A DNA stretch of 64,000 nucleotides from Malacoraja senta (taxonomy: Eukaryota), in NCBI GenBank assembly GCA_038087875.1, contig CM075990.1, positions 12,898,001 through 12,962,000 on the forward strand, written 5' to 3'. Shown piece after piece: positions 38,345 through 51,249 of the stretch (the stretch's first letter is position 1; every line of letters begins with the position of its first letter). The notes beneath the pieces are model-generated. The model was not told the origin of the DNA, searched no databases, and saw only the letters and a program-made list of their open reading frames with translations. Both the position numbers and the translations under genes were made by a program.

Positions 38345-41300
38345 CCAGTCTTTGGATAAATGGGTTATTTTTATTATCAAATACAATGTAAATATTGAGA
38401 ATAAGACATCTCCAAGCAGTTAACATTCAGTACAACAAGATTTATACATTCTGGGTAAATCCCATGGACCTCAAGGCATACATTAATCTATCCAGTGAAT
38501 GAAATATGGGATTGAATTTGATCTACATACAGATTATAAGAGCATGGTGGATTATCTCAATGGTCCACGCAGGGAATCAGATAGAACACCTCACGGCTAT
38601 ACTGTGGCATTAGTGTAGGTGGTCCCTCCGAGCCTTCCCCTCATCCCAACCCACCTTCTCTAAATATCTCTAATATTGTGCAGGAGAGGGGCCGCACTTT
38701 GCCCTACTGACTGACCTCACGTTATACCCTCTAATCATCTACATAGCGCTACCTGCTGATCATAGTTTAAGCAGACATGTATTGCACATTTGCTCCTTTG
38801 AACGTCAGTTGAGTTTAGTCTATTGTTATTGTCACGCGTACCGAGGTACAGTGAAAGGCTTCTGTTGCGTGCTATCCAGTCAGCAGCAAGACAATACATG
38901 ATCACAATCGAGCCGTTTGCAGTGTATGGATCGAAGTAAGGACAGATCTGAGAGGCGTTTAAAGAGATCATAGTTAAAGTAAGAAATGTTGCTGCAGGAA
39001 TTAGAGATTTAAGAGTGTGGAGCGATTGTAATGCGAGATTGTAGATCTGCTTCTGTGGCTAGCACGCAAATAGTCGCCTAGGTTGGACGCCATCTTGGAT
39101 GGTCATGCATACAAACATAAGGTAACCGTTAACATTTTTAATGAGTAACTTTCCTTTAACCATTTATCAACAGGCATAACTTGCATGTGGATGGAGGTTC
39201 TGTTGCATTGGCCCTTTTTACTTGTGTTAATATTAAAAAGGTACGTTCGTCTTGGACAGAGAACTAATGGTTCAGCTATTTTGCAGTGCTCCCCATTCCC
39301 TTTATATACAAGAACACAAGAAAATCTAAAGCAACACCATAAACATTTGTTCCTTATGATAAAGTCCAGATATGATTATACTGTTATGGGACACACTCCC
39401 CCATTCTTATTTGTTCGCTACTCTCTCCTCTCACGCTAAGAAAATCTTTAGTTCCTTCCCATATTTCAGCCAGTGCTAATATCTCTAAACTCTACGCTAA
39501 TATATTGATTCCTACAGCTTCAGCAGACCCATTAATCTGTAGCAGTGAATAACATCACACCACTCTGTAATACCTGATTTTCAAATGATTTGCGCTGACG
39601 AATTGGAACCACACGAGACCTACAAGTCTATGGTCACATCACCCACACCAGGCAGAAGCAGATACACCCAAATGGAGAAATGAAGTGCAAAATTGGAGTT
39701 AAGTTTATAGCAATTAATTGCAGTGAATGCTACAATCAGGAGGATGCTTCTAGGCAGTGCCCTGAGCTACAAAGGTAAATGTCAAGAGTGGAGAAACAGT
39801 ACAGCCCAACTCACGCTGCTCAGACCAAACAAACACTCCACTCAATCAATCATCTTTCTGGGAGGTTGCTAGTGTAATAAAGTCATTACAACTCACCTTG
39901 TACCCAGAAAACGTTGAACAATAAGACACAAAAAGCTGGAGTAATTCAGCAGGTCAGGCAGCATCTCTGGAGAAAATTCGATATCCGAAACACAACCTAT
40001 TCCTTTTCTCCAGAGATGCCGTTTGACCGGCTGAGTTACTCCAGCTTTTTGTGTCCACATTCGGTTTAAACCAGCATCTGCAGTGCCTTCCCACGAACAA
40101 TGAACAATCAATCTTGCCTTTCACTCCTCTGCTACCAGAGGGTAACAATCGAAACTAACACAAGGATTGTTGCTGCATCCATTAACCATCAGGTTCGATG
40201 ATATTTTTGTGCCTTTGCCTTGACGTCATCAGAGATTTTGCAGACTGGCAGAAGGAAAGAGCTGGAGGGAATTTCGACTTTGAAGGAAGGTGTAACATAG
40301 ATGATACTGCCTCGACCATCTGTAAGAAGCTGCTCCTGACATTTGTTCACCAAAAAAACTCCCAATGTAATTGGGGGTGAAGTTTAACCAGTTGGTAACA
40401 TCATGCAACTTGCACCCACGGTCCGAAGTGAAAAGGAACCGTTCAGAGACATGACAAAGCTCCCGAAAATATTGTCATCTGGAGGATGTAGCTCTATAAA
40501 GTAACCCCAATCAGCTGTAATTGTTCAGAGAGGGGCTGTGTTTGTTTTAAGAGTAAGGAGTAAGCCATTTAGAACAGAGATGAGGAAACACTTTTTCTCA
40601 CAGAGAGTGGTGAGTCTGGAATTCTCTGCCTCAGAGGCAGGTTCTCTGGATGCTTTCAAGAGAGAGCTGGATAGGGCTCTTAAAAATAGTGGAGTCAGGG
40701 GATATGGGGAGAAGGCAGGAACGGGGTACTGATTGGGGATGATCACCGATGATCACATTGAATGGCGGTGCTGGCTCGAAGGGCCAAATGGCCTACACCT
40801 GCACCTATTGTCTATTGTTTGGGAAGTCAGTATGTGGGTCTGTATGCAGGATATTGTGTGGGTCAGTATGAAGGTGTGTGTGAGGATTGGTGCAGGAGGT
40901 TAATGTGCCTGGACGTGCCAACAATGTGTGGAGGGCCAGAGCCAGAGTACCTCACCCCTGACAGTATCGAGCAACAAGGAATCCTGCAAAAGATAAGCCA
41001 CAAAATGTTGGAGTAACTCAGCGGGACAGGCAGCATCTCTGGAGAGAAGGAATGGGTGACGTTTCAACAAAGTTCTGTTGAGTTACTCCAGCATTTTGTG
41101 TCTATCTTCGGTTTAAACCAGCATCTGCAGTTCCTTCCTACACATCCCTCTGCAGAGGTGTGGCTTCCATCTGTATTTCACACTCTGCTCCTCTTGTAGC
41201 AGGTCTAGGTAACTTCCACATTGTATGTCAGAACATCCCAAGTCCAATGCCAGCAACAGCAAATTGACATGTTCGATATTCACAAAGAACATCAAATAAA

Positions 41301-43044
41301 ACGTCAATGGACAGATGAGCAGAGAGTGAGGCAATTTTACTGCCCAACTTCACAATATACCTCTTACCACTGCTCCTGGATGACTCTACTGTTCTCCATC
41401 AGTCAACAATTGCTAGTGTGTATGTGTCCACGTGTATGAGAGAGAATGCCTGTGAAAGACATATGTGTAAATGCAAGCTTATGTGTGCCAAGTTTTGCGT
41501 GTGTGTGTGTGAGAGAGAGAGAGAGGGAGAGGGAGAGAGGGAGAGGGAGAGAGGGAGAGGGAGAGGGAGAGGGAGAGGGAGAGGGAGAGGGAGGGAGAGG
41601 GAGAGAGAGAGAGAGATACAGAGGGAGAGAGTGTGTCCTTTTGCAGCACATTTAGACAATCGATTTATCCTTCAGCAGTGTATGACTTGTCATGGTGTAC
41701 TTTCAACTGGATATTACAGAGAAGGGGTGGATGGACTGTGTGTGAAGGTCAATTTAACACTGGGCACAAGCACCAATAAAACATGTTGCTAACACTATAT
41801 CAGCAAGCCCAGCGCTGTTCAACACTTGTGCTTGTCCATACAGCCTGTCCTGGAGACAGGAATGACTGACATTAAACCGGTGTTTGTCTAGGGGGGAAGT
41901 ATTCTGTTGAGGATAATGTTTCACACAGGAGTTTATTTTCCGTCGCACCTTTTGAAAGCCTGGTCTCAAATAGCCTCCAGAGAGAAACAAGGGCCACTCC
42001 CAAAATGAAAACATTACGGTTGCCTGTTCAGCATTTCTATACTGTGCTGAGAGCATTAAACCATCTGGTGGAACTCAAAGTCCAACACAACCTGGGCCCG
42101 CACACGTCCCAGTGTCTGTTCTTCGTGCCAAGGCTTGCAAAGTCAGCTGTGGTTCCTGCCAGCCTTACAGGCCCTGCACCTCCCACAAGGGGCAATGATA
42201 TGTCTCTGCCTGTTCATGTCAAACAGTCTCGTTTCACAGCCCCCCCCTCACCCCCCCCCCCCGTCCCACCAGCACCTGGTGCATCCCTTCACCATGAACG
42301 GCCAAAGACTAATTTCCACCACAATGTGCCCTGCTTGTTGACTTTTCCCACGGTTTCATTGTTGTGAATTTTTTTCCAAACACCTGTCCTTGGAATAGTT
42401 CTGGGGAGTTTCCCGCGGGTGTGTGGCCCGCGGAAATGGTGCGCAGTTGGAACTGGGAACAATTCCCGATTTGAGAATGCTAGCGCGTAAACAAACGAAT
42501 AAAAACAACCTCTGCAGTTGGCAATGTGAGGGGTAGTGAGTGTCGGCCTGTGGGTGAGGGGCTGCAGTGACGTGCAAGTGGCAACAGGGGCAAACGTACC
42601 CCCGATGAACGTTCCCTCAGAAGGAAGCAGTGTTCCTACTACTTTGATCGTATTTCCGCCAGCTGAGGGTCCCTCATTCAATCCTCGAGCAACAGGGACA
42701 AATGGTTCACTGTACACTCACAATGTAACAGCGGTTCCTTATCTCTACTTCACTATTCTGATCCACAGATGAAGCCCCCACATTCAACCCTCTCCCTCCT
42801 CATGCTTGGGACACACTCTGGGCTGTGGTGAGCAGGGTCGTGCACTGATGTTATCTTGCTGCGATCAGTGCTACGTGTGATAGTATTAGTGCAGTTAATA
42901 AGTCAATGATGTACTCACTGGTGCCAGGGATGTCATTGGTGATCATGTACACTGTGGGGATGAGATAATTTATCGGTCAAAGTGGCTGATGGAGAGTGAG
43001 GAATATGTGCCAAGTGGCTGGTAGTTAGTGCGTCTGTTGCTTCT
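38345..43044 (-). other. SPOCK2: Probable long 3'UTR of SPOCK2 ending at a distal poly(A) site
   Basis: Minus strand reads TGTA...AATAAA (38375-38370) followed ~20-30 nt later by GU-rich ggtgtgtgttgtt; a second, proximal AATAAA lies at 41937-41932. The extent is inferred. Confidence 0.45.
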
Positions 43045-43190
43045 CTACCAAATGTAGCCGCCGTCGTCGGCCTCCCCAACCTCCCCCTCTTCCTCCTCCG
43101 TCTCCTCTGCGTTCTCCTCTCCATCTTTCTCTTCCTCGTCCTCCCATCCAATTCCACTCCCAAAGTCTCCTGAGAAACTTATCGCATCAT
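43045..43190 (-). CDS. SPOCK2: SPOCK2 last coding exon (acidic tail with Ser-Gly glycosaminoglycan attachment motifs), stop TAG
   Basis: Acceptor ttttgcag|AT; DDAISFSGDFGSGIGWEDEEEKDGEENAEETEEEEGEVGEADDGGYIW*; phases of all seven exons join into one open frame. Confidence 0.96.
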
Positions 43191-43319
43191 CTGCAAAATA
43201 GTAAAAAAATCAGCAGAGCATTAGTTATGAGAAGAAGTTATCGGTCAGAAGAAGGGGTCTCGACCCGAAACGTCACCAATTCCTTTTCCCCAGAGATGTT
43301 GCCTGTCCCCGCTGAGTTA

Positions 43320-43537
43320 AGGGCCTGTCCCACTTTCGCGACCTAATTCATGACCTTTTTTACTCGTGGATATTTTTCATCGGGCTAGAAAAATGCCCCG
43401 ACCCACTTGATGCCACGAGTACCTACGACTAGCATCACGACCTACCTACGACCTCGTGACGACCATGCTGCGAGTATGAGTCAAGGCCAAACTCGGCAAA
43501 GGTCGTGAATTAGGTCGTGAAAATGAGACAGGCCCCT
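43320..43537. mobile_element. PIF/Harbinger-type MITE inserted in a Penelope terminal repeat in the last SPOCK2 intron
   Basis: TIR agggcctgtcccactttcgcgacctaattc; host repeat gctgagTTActccag is split with TTA duplicated (43317-43319 / 43538-43540). Confidence 0.9.
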
Positions 43538-43851
43538 TTACTCCAGTATTTTGTGTCGATCTCCAGTGTAAACCAGCATCTGCAGTTCCTTCCTATACCG
43601 TTTCCATGCTGTATGACCCTTTACTCTCACTTTTAATTTAATTTTAATTTCAGGTTTTTGTGTACCAAGCTTGTTGTGCGTTATGACTGTTGGCAGACCG
43701 ATTTCCCTGAGGGGATGAATAAAGTTCTATCGTGTTGTACTTAGATTCAGTCCAGTGTGTCGGTTCCCGTTGGTCATTGAGATTGTGGGCCAAGAAGGAT
43801 GAGGAACCGCCAGAGACAGAGTTCGTGTAAAACAGAATGTAACTTTATTAC

Positions 43852-43992
43852 CACAATCTGGGTTTCCTTTGACGCGGGTTCCAGTCACCTCACTGCCTTG
43901 CTGGTCGACGCACCAACACTCACTGGAGTAAGGGTTGCACTGCAGCTTTCTGTAGTAGCCATCCTCATCGCAGCTGGGGATGAAGGTACCAC
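43852..43992 (-). CDS. SPOCK2: SPOCK2 coding exon (thyroglobulin type-1 domain)
   Basis: Acceptor cttcacag|GT, donor TGTG|gtaata; 141 nt, phase 1 to 1; GGTFIPSCDEDGYYRKLQCNPYSSECWCVDQQGSEVTGTRVKGNPDC with the CWCV motif. Confidence 0.96.
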
Positions 43993-44049
43993 CTGTGAAG
44001 TAAGGTGTGGGGTTAGTCACACTGACTGACGAGAGTGGGGGAGACACTT

Positions 44050-44363
44050 TTTTTTTTTAGAGGTACAGCGCGGAAACAGGCCCTTCGGCCCAATGGGTCC
44101 GCGCCGACCAGCGATCCCCGCACATCAACACCATCCTACACCCACTAGGGACAATTTTTACATTTACCAAGCCAATTGACCTACAAACCCGTACGTCTTT
44201 GGAGTGTGGGAGGAAACCGAAGATTTCAGAGAAAACCCACGCAGGTCACGAGGAGAACGGACAAACTCCGTACAGACAGCACCCGTAGCCGGGATCGAAC
44301 CCGGGTTGCCGGTGCTGCATTCGCTGTAAGGCAGCAACTCTACCGCTGCACCACCGTGACCGC
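44050..44363 (-). mobile_element. HE1/V-SINE-type SINE ending ~60 nt before the SPOCK2 acceptor at 43992
   Basis: Same consensus. Confidence 0.85.
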
Positions 44364-47300
44364 CCTTGAGTTTTATGCTGAAGGATGCAGCTTTATAGGA
44401 CTTTGGTTGGACTGCCATTCGGAGCATTACATGCAATTCTGGTCACCCTTTCACGGGAAGGATGTGGAGGCTTTGGAAAGGGTGCAGAGGAGGTTTACCA
44501 GAACGATCCCTGGATTAGGGAGGTTTCAGCTACAATGAGAGGCTGGACAAATTTGGGATTGTTTTTCCTGGAACACTGGAGATTGAGGGGAGAGACCAGT
44601 TAGAAGTATATAAAATGATGAGAGGCATGGATAGGGTAGACATTCAGAGCCTTTTCCCTCAATGTGGAAATGTCAAATAATGGAGGGCATAGATGTAAGG
44701 TGAGAGCAGCAAACTTTAACGGAGATGTGCGGAGCAATGTTTCTTTCCACATTGGGTGGTGTGTGCCTGGAAGGTGCTGTTGGGGGTGGTGGTGGGAGCA
44801 GATATGGTATTGGCATTTGAGATACGGAACAGGTATATGGATTATCTGCAGGCAGATAAGAGTGGGTTGGCATCATATATGGCACAAACATTGTGGGCTG
44901 AAGGGCCTGGTTTTGTGCTGTATGTTCTATAACCATCAGACATCTCTGAGGATTTCACAGCTAGTGAAGCAGTCTCGGAAATGAAATCATGCAATCAATG
45001 TGAGAATGCAGCGCTCGATGTGATAATCACCCATGGCCTCTCCCCCAGAAGGGCAAGGGCATGGGGCTATGGTGACTTCTCTCCTGGAAATAGGTTGTTC
45101 CTTTATGGAATGTGTAGGAAGGAACTGCAGATGCTGAAGTCTGAAGATAGGTCTCGACCCGAAAACGTCACCCATTCCTTCTCTCCAGAGACGCTGCCTG
45201 TCCCGCTGAGTTACTCCAGCATTTTGTGTCTATTCCTTCAGGGAGTTGGACCGACATCTTGGCGCTCGCTCCCCACAGCCCTGGGCAGCTCCTCCACCCA
45301 CACTTTTTCACCCAGAGAGTTGTGAATTTGTGGAATTCCCTGCCACAGTGGAGGCCAAGTCACTGGATGGATTTAAGAGAGAGTTAGATAGAGCTCTCGG
45401 GGCTAGTGGATTCAAGGGATTATGGGGAGAAGGCAGGCACGGGGTACTGATTGGGGACGATCAGCCATGATCACAATGAATGGCGGTGCTGGCTCGAAGG
45501 GCCGAATGGCCTCCTCCTGCACCTGTTTTCTATGTTTCTATGTTTCTAATTGCAGCAGCTGAAAAGAAGACCAAGCAAGACCAAGAGTTGGCCATTTAGT
45601 CAAGGAGCATGGAATGGCGTTGTGTCAGTGCTGCCAGAGCTGCCACATCAGGTAAATGAACGAAAGTAACCGGGGGCGAAAACTGTAAGACCATTCTGCT
45701 AAACAAACTCATCGGGGCTTACGTAGGGTTTCTTGGTGTTTGCTTATGGGCAGCCACGACAGATTACAGAAACAATCTAATCTACTTTTCAATTTGTTTT
45801 AGCTCAGACCTTCTCAAACTGCAAATAACCAGCTAGCCAAACGACAGCCTAATCATTAACCAACATTTATCAGCCCACAATTCTGCAAACCTTCATGCTG
45901 AAAGTATTTTGCAAATCAAAGTATAAATTGCACAAGATGGCCGAGCATTCGTAAAAGCCTCGAACTTTGCCTGAGTATTTATCCTTCTATGTGGGGTCGA
46001 TACTGGTGTACTCGCTACTCTGGTGTACATCTCAAATTTATCACCAACCCCTTCCATCCCTGTTGTACACGTTCCCACAAAGTTCCATCAGATGTGCAAG
46101 CGAGCCAGCAGCCGACCAAAATTGGGCAAAACTTCAAGAGAAGGGCATACGTTGGAGTCTTTCACTCAGCACGCAGTGTATGTTCATCGAGTTTCAGGGG
46201 TCCTATGGGGTCATAACAAGATGGAGATAACAAGGGCTAAAGAAGGGTCTCAACCCGAAACATCACCCATTCCTTCTCTCCAGAGATGCTGCCTCCAGTA
46301 TTTTGTGTCTATCTTCGGAGATAGCAGAGTTGAGGTTTGGGCAATAAGTGGTCAACCAAATGTTGGCCTATTACATTTCATGGGAACAAATTCCGGGGGA
46401 ACCTAGCCATTTCATCGGATCTCAGCCTTGGATAGTTTTCTCTGGAATGACGAAGGTTGAGAGGAAACTTGATAAAACTCTAGAAAAAAATTATCAGAGG
46501 CATTGATATGGTAGACAGTCAGAACCTCTTTCCCCCATGATGAAAATATCAAATTCTAGAGGGCATAGCTTTAAGGTGAGACGGGCAACGTTTTTTCTGA
46601 GAAGGGTGGGCAAATTTTTTTTTGCACAGGTGGGGTGGTGAGTACCCGGAATGCACTGCTGGGGTTGATGGTGGAGATAGATACAATATCCAAAGCCATA
46701 TTGGAACTTAGCAATTTAACTCTCTCAGCCCTCACTGAGACTTCCAAAAATTCAATTCCTTTTGAATTATAACATTTCTTCTCATCTCACTCCTGAATGA
46801 CTGATCCCTGTTTCCAGGTATCATTGTTCCTGTCAAGCCCAATAAGAATTTGGTATGTTTAAATCCCAATGGCACAGAAAGAAGCCATGGGCTCACTGGG
46901 TCCCAGGAAAGCAATCCATCGGTAACTTTTCCCTATCCTCTATAAAGTGAAGAGAAATAATATCAAATTTCCCATTAACCACCTTTTTGTTTGTTGCCTT
47001 AGTCAACTCATCCTCATAGTTTGCTGTTTAAATTTAAGACTTGAATGAACGAAATCACTTATACCCTTTACACAAAACTCCATGACATTCGGATAACTCT
47101 TCCCTCAAGGTCTCTCGAGGCTGCGGATGCCAAGGCAATGGATATTTTTAAGGCAGAGATAGATAGATTCCTGATTAGTGCGGGTGTCAGAGGTTATGGG
47201 GAGAAGGCAGGAGAATGGGGTTGGTAGGGAGAGATGGATCAGCCACAATTGAATGGCAGAGTAGACTTGAAAGGCCGAATGGCCAAATTCTGCTCCTATC

Positions 47301-48092
47301 ACTTGAGAACATATGAACCAACCGCCTGATTATTAATGAATCCCTTCTCATTGTGCAAAACCAGATCAAAAATATCCTACTCCATCTCTGATCCAAAACG
47401 AGGAGAAGGTAGGAGAATGGGGTTAAGAGGGGAAAAATATATCGAAGACATGATCGAATGGCTGAACAGATTGGATGGGTTGAATGACCTATATCTTATG
47501 ATCACATCACACAGATCCAGAACACCAACTCTTATACATTCCATGAATAGAACCTCCATGCCATTACTGCTAATATAGATTAAAGCCCTACATCATTTTG
47601 TTTTAAGTCTGAAGAAGGGTTTTGACCCGAACCGACACCTGCCCATTTTCTCCAGAGATGCTGCCTGACCCGCTGAGTTACTCCAGGTTTTTGTATCCAT
47701 CTATGGTATCAACCAGCATCTGCAGTTCCTTTTTATTCCATTTTAATGATTGGTTTTATCCTTGCAGAGGTGAGCTTGTTTATTGAACCACTGCCGTTCC
47801 AGTTTTGACATTTGCAACTTAGTGTAACTAAGTGATCACCAGAATATTTTCAGAGAGTGAGTAAGAATCAATGTGGGTTTAGGCCAAGTAGGTAAGGACT
47901 TCCATGAATGGACATCGATGAGCTTGGGTTGATTCTACACAACGGTTGGGTAGAGGTCGTGGAGGTCATCCAGCCCAAAAACAAACCTTTCAACCCAACC
48001 CCGACTATGCTGCAACCATTTACACTGATCCCTTTTTTTTTTTTTTTAATCCCAAATTCTCATCACGTTCTCCCCTGAATCCTGCTGCTCAC

Positions 48093-48426
48093 TGGGCAAC
48101 ATGGTGGCGCAGCGGTAGAGTTGCTGCCTTACAGCGCCAGACACCCGGTTTCGATCCCGACTACGGGTACTGTCTGTGCGTAGTTTGTACGTTCTCCCAG
48201 TAACTCAAATTTCACTATACCTTAATTGGTACATGTGACCATAAACTGACCTTGAAACATTGCGTGGATTTTCTCCGAGATCTTCGGTTTCCTCCCACAC
48301 TCCAAAAACGTACAGGTTTGTAGGTAATCAGGCTTGGTAAATGTAAACATTGTCCCCAGTGTGTATAGGATAGTGTTAAGGTGCGAAGGGCCTGTTTCCG
48401 CGCTGTATCTCTAAAGTAAACTAAAC
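48093..48426 (+). mobile_element. HE1/V-SINE-type SINE with a short internal LINE-tail insertion (~48203-48260)
   Basis: Same consensus, plus strand. Confidence 0.8.
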
Positions 48427-48697
48427 GTGCACACTCGTGGCAAATTAATCTGCCAGCGTCCATGTCATTGGGATGTAAAACTGGAGAATTCATGGGAATC
48501 TCGTGCAGTCACTTGGAGAAAACTCCGTAGACCACACCCGAGGTCAGGATTGAACTCGGAGCTGTGAGGCAGCAGCTCTACCCGCTGTACCACTGTGCCG
48601 CCAACAATCTGATGCATGTTATCATTTTTTAGTCTATTATATACATCATATTATATATTCAAATCTAATTGTATAATCAACCATAATTTTATATATA

Positions 48698-48778
48698 TAT
48701 GTGTGTGTGTGTATGTGTGTGTGGGTGTGTGTGTGTGTGAGCGTGTGTGGGTGTGTGTATGTGTGGGTGTGTGCATGG

Positions 48779-48810
<32 letters not shown>

Positions 48811-49000
48811 ATGGGCGTGTGTGTGTGTGTGTGTGTGTGGGTGTGTGTATGTGTGGGTGTGTGCATGGGCGTGTGTGTGTGTGTGTATGTGTGTGGGCGT
48901 GTGTGTGTGGGCGTGTGTGTGTGTGCGTGTATGTTTGTGTATGTGTGTGTGTGGTGTGTGTGTGGTTGTATGTATATAATGTGTGTGTATGTGTGTGTAT
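48698..49000. repeat. Imperfect (GT)n microsatellite
   Basis: Direct reading. Confidence 0.95.
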
Positions 49001-49341
49001 GTATATATTTATATAATTATATGTTATATATAATATGTATTTTTAATATTATATTATGATATCATAAAGTGACATCATTTGCTGCTGATTATTTAATTAA
49101 CTGAATCTCTATGTCCCAATGTTGGATGAGATTCATTTCATTGTATTATTGATCTTTACATCTGCAACAAAAGAATCACTGCATCACCATTCCTGGAGTA
49201 TTTCTAGCTAACACACACCGAGACGGCTGAAGTTACTTATTTGCACAGAGGGTTCATTTGGCTGCAACTATGATTCTGCAGGCGGCTGGCTACAGAATCC
49301 CCAGGGTGTGAAGAAGCTCACAGTTTCCAGCTGAGACTCAC

Positions 49342-49404
49342 CAGGCACCTTCTGTGCTGCCTCTTGCAGTTGGATCTTTTCCAGCTCAACGAGGCAGGGG
49401 GGCT
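49342..49404 (-). CDS. SPOCK2: SPOCK2 small coding exon (start of thyroglobulin type-1 domain); too short for the ORF track
   Basis: Acceptor tatgacag|AG, donor CCTG|gtgagt; 63 nt, phase 1 to 1; KPPCLVELEKIQLQEAAQKVP. Confidence 0.95.
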
Positions 49405-50966
49405 CTGTCATAACACAAAGAGAGAGTTCATCAGCAACTTGCATTTAGAACGCAGTACCATACAGCACCGGAACAGGCCCTTCTGCCCACAATATCTGTG
49501 CCCAACATGATGCCAAGCTAAGCTAACTCAATGTGTCCATAGCCCTCCATTCCTGGCATATCCATGTACTTATCTAAAAGCATCGTAACTATCATATCTT
49601 CACCTCACCACCCCTGCACATTCCAGGCACCCACTGCAATCTGTGCAAAAAAAATTGCCCCACACATCTCCTTTTAACTTTTTCCCTTTCACCTTAAGGT
49701 TATGCTCTCTAGTCTTAGACATATCCACCCTGGGAAAAAAGGTTCTGACGGTCTACCCCATCTATGACTCTCCAAATGTTGTATATTTCTATCAGGATTC
49801 CCCTCAGCTTATGTTGTTCCAGGTACACATATTCAAATTTGTCCAACCCCTCCCTACTAACTTGAGGTGCCGAATGGCCTACTCCTGCAACTATTGTCTA
49901 TTGTCTAGCTAATAATCCCTCAGCATTAATTCTTCTTCGTTCATGTCCATCTTCCATGTTACAAATGTTGGCCTCGCTGTCATCGTCCGTCCTGAAAAGG
50001 ACGCAAACTTCCGGCGACAATCAGTGGGAGCAATCCCTTGTTGCAATAGATGATGGTGGTAGCAGGATTAGCTCGGGATACTTCCAGTTTCCAGTCCCGC
50101 GACGTGGACGCTTCTGCTATGGGGCTGGGCAGCATTCATTCATAAATCATGTTTTCAAACAAAGCTGAGTTACAAGGGTTTCCAACCAAATGTTTGGTCA
50201 CGGTATTGGGGTACATGCTTGTCCCTGGTTACCCATATGAAACACTGCCTCTGAAATACAGTGCCATCATCTTTAATGGAACTGCTGCTAAAAGAGTTTT
50301 TCGGAGGGGAGAGAGTGGAGAAATAGACAGGCTTGGGGAGGGAGTTCTCCACATTTAGGACCTGGACGCTGAAAGCAGAGTCAGCAATAGAAACCAGAGA
50401 GGCACAAGAGGTCAGAATTGGAGGAATGCAGAGAACTGAAAGGTATGTAGTTCTGCAGGAGATTGCAGATGGATGGCACAGCAGAGCAGTCACTAGAGCA
50501 GCTGCCTCTCAGCTCCAGTGACCCGGGTTCAATCCTGTTTTCTAATACTGTGGGGGGTTTTTTTTGCAGTATTTTTCCATTGTCTTTCACAGAATTTATG
50601 TATAATTTATGTCCTTGCGTGTTGCCAAAGTCTATGTGCCTGTGAGGTTATTGCAAAGAAGATTTTCACTGTATCTGTATCTCACTGTACTTGTGCATAT
50701 GACACTAAACTCAACTTCATTTGTCTTGACCTCCAAAGGTGTCTATGTGGAGCTTGCACGTTCTCCCTGTTACCATGTGTGTTTCTTTTGGCAGGGGCGG
50801 AAATCGCTGTCAAAACATGGGGGGGGGGGGACACAATTTCTTGGTGGATAGTGTGGGGATCACTGGTCGGCGCAGATTCGGTGGGCCAAAGGGCTTGTAT
50901 CTCTAAAACTAAAACTGAAACATCAGCCATGAAGTAAGGGAGCGTCCCCAAATGCCTGCAACGTAC

Positions 50967-51185
50967 TTTCTCTCCAGAAGCAGAAGCACCACTCGGCCAT
51001 GGAGACCTGCCCATCCCGGTAGGTGTCGCAGGAGTTGAAGAATGGCCTCACGCAGACCTCGTACTTGTCCAGGTTGATGGCCGCAAGCTCGGTTGCGTCC
51101 AGAAACATGTCCACATCCGTATCCAGCTTGGAGAACATCCAGCCAATGGAATCCCTGCAGCTCGCCACCAGACCCTTGTCCAACA
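50967..51185 (-). CDS. SPOCK2: SPOCK2 coding exon (EF-hand pair of the EC domain)
   Basis: Acceptor ctccatag|TG, donor GAAA|gtacgt; 219 nt, phase 1 to 1; VLDKGLVASCRDSIGWMFSKLDTDVDMFLDATELAAINLDKYEVCVRPFFNSCDTYRDGQVSMAEWCFCFWRE. Confidence 0.97.
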
Positions 51186-51249
51186 CTATGGAGAGAAGGA
51201 GCAGAGGTTACAATAACAGGGAACCAGAGCTAGGATTGAATAATCAAGG

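Noticed and set aside
48093..48170. tRNA-like sequences with A/B boxes
   Set aside because: They are SINE heads that continue into the SINE core and tail; not tRNA genes
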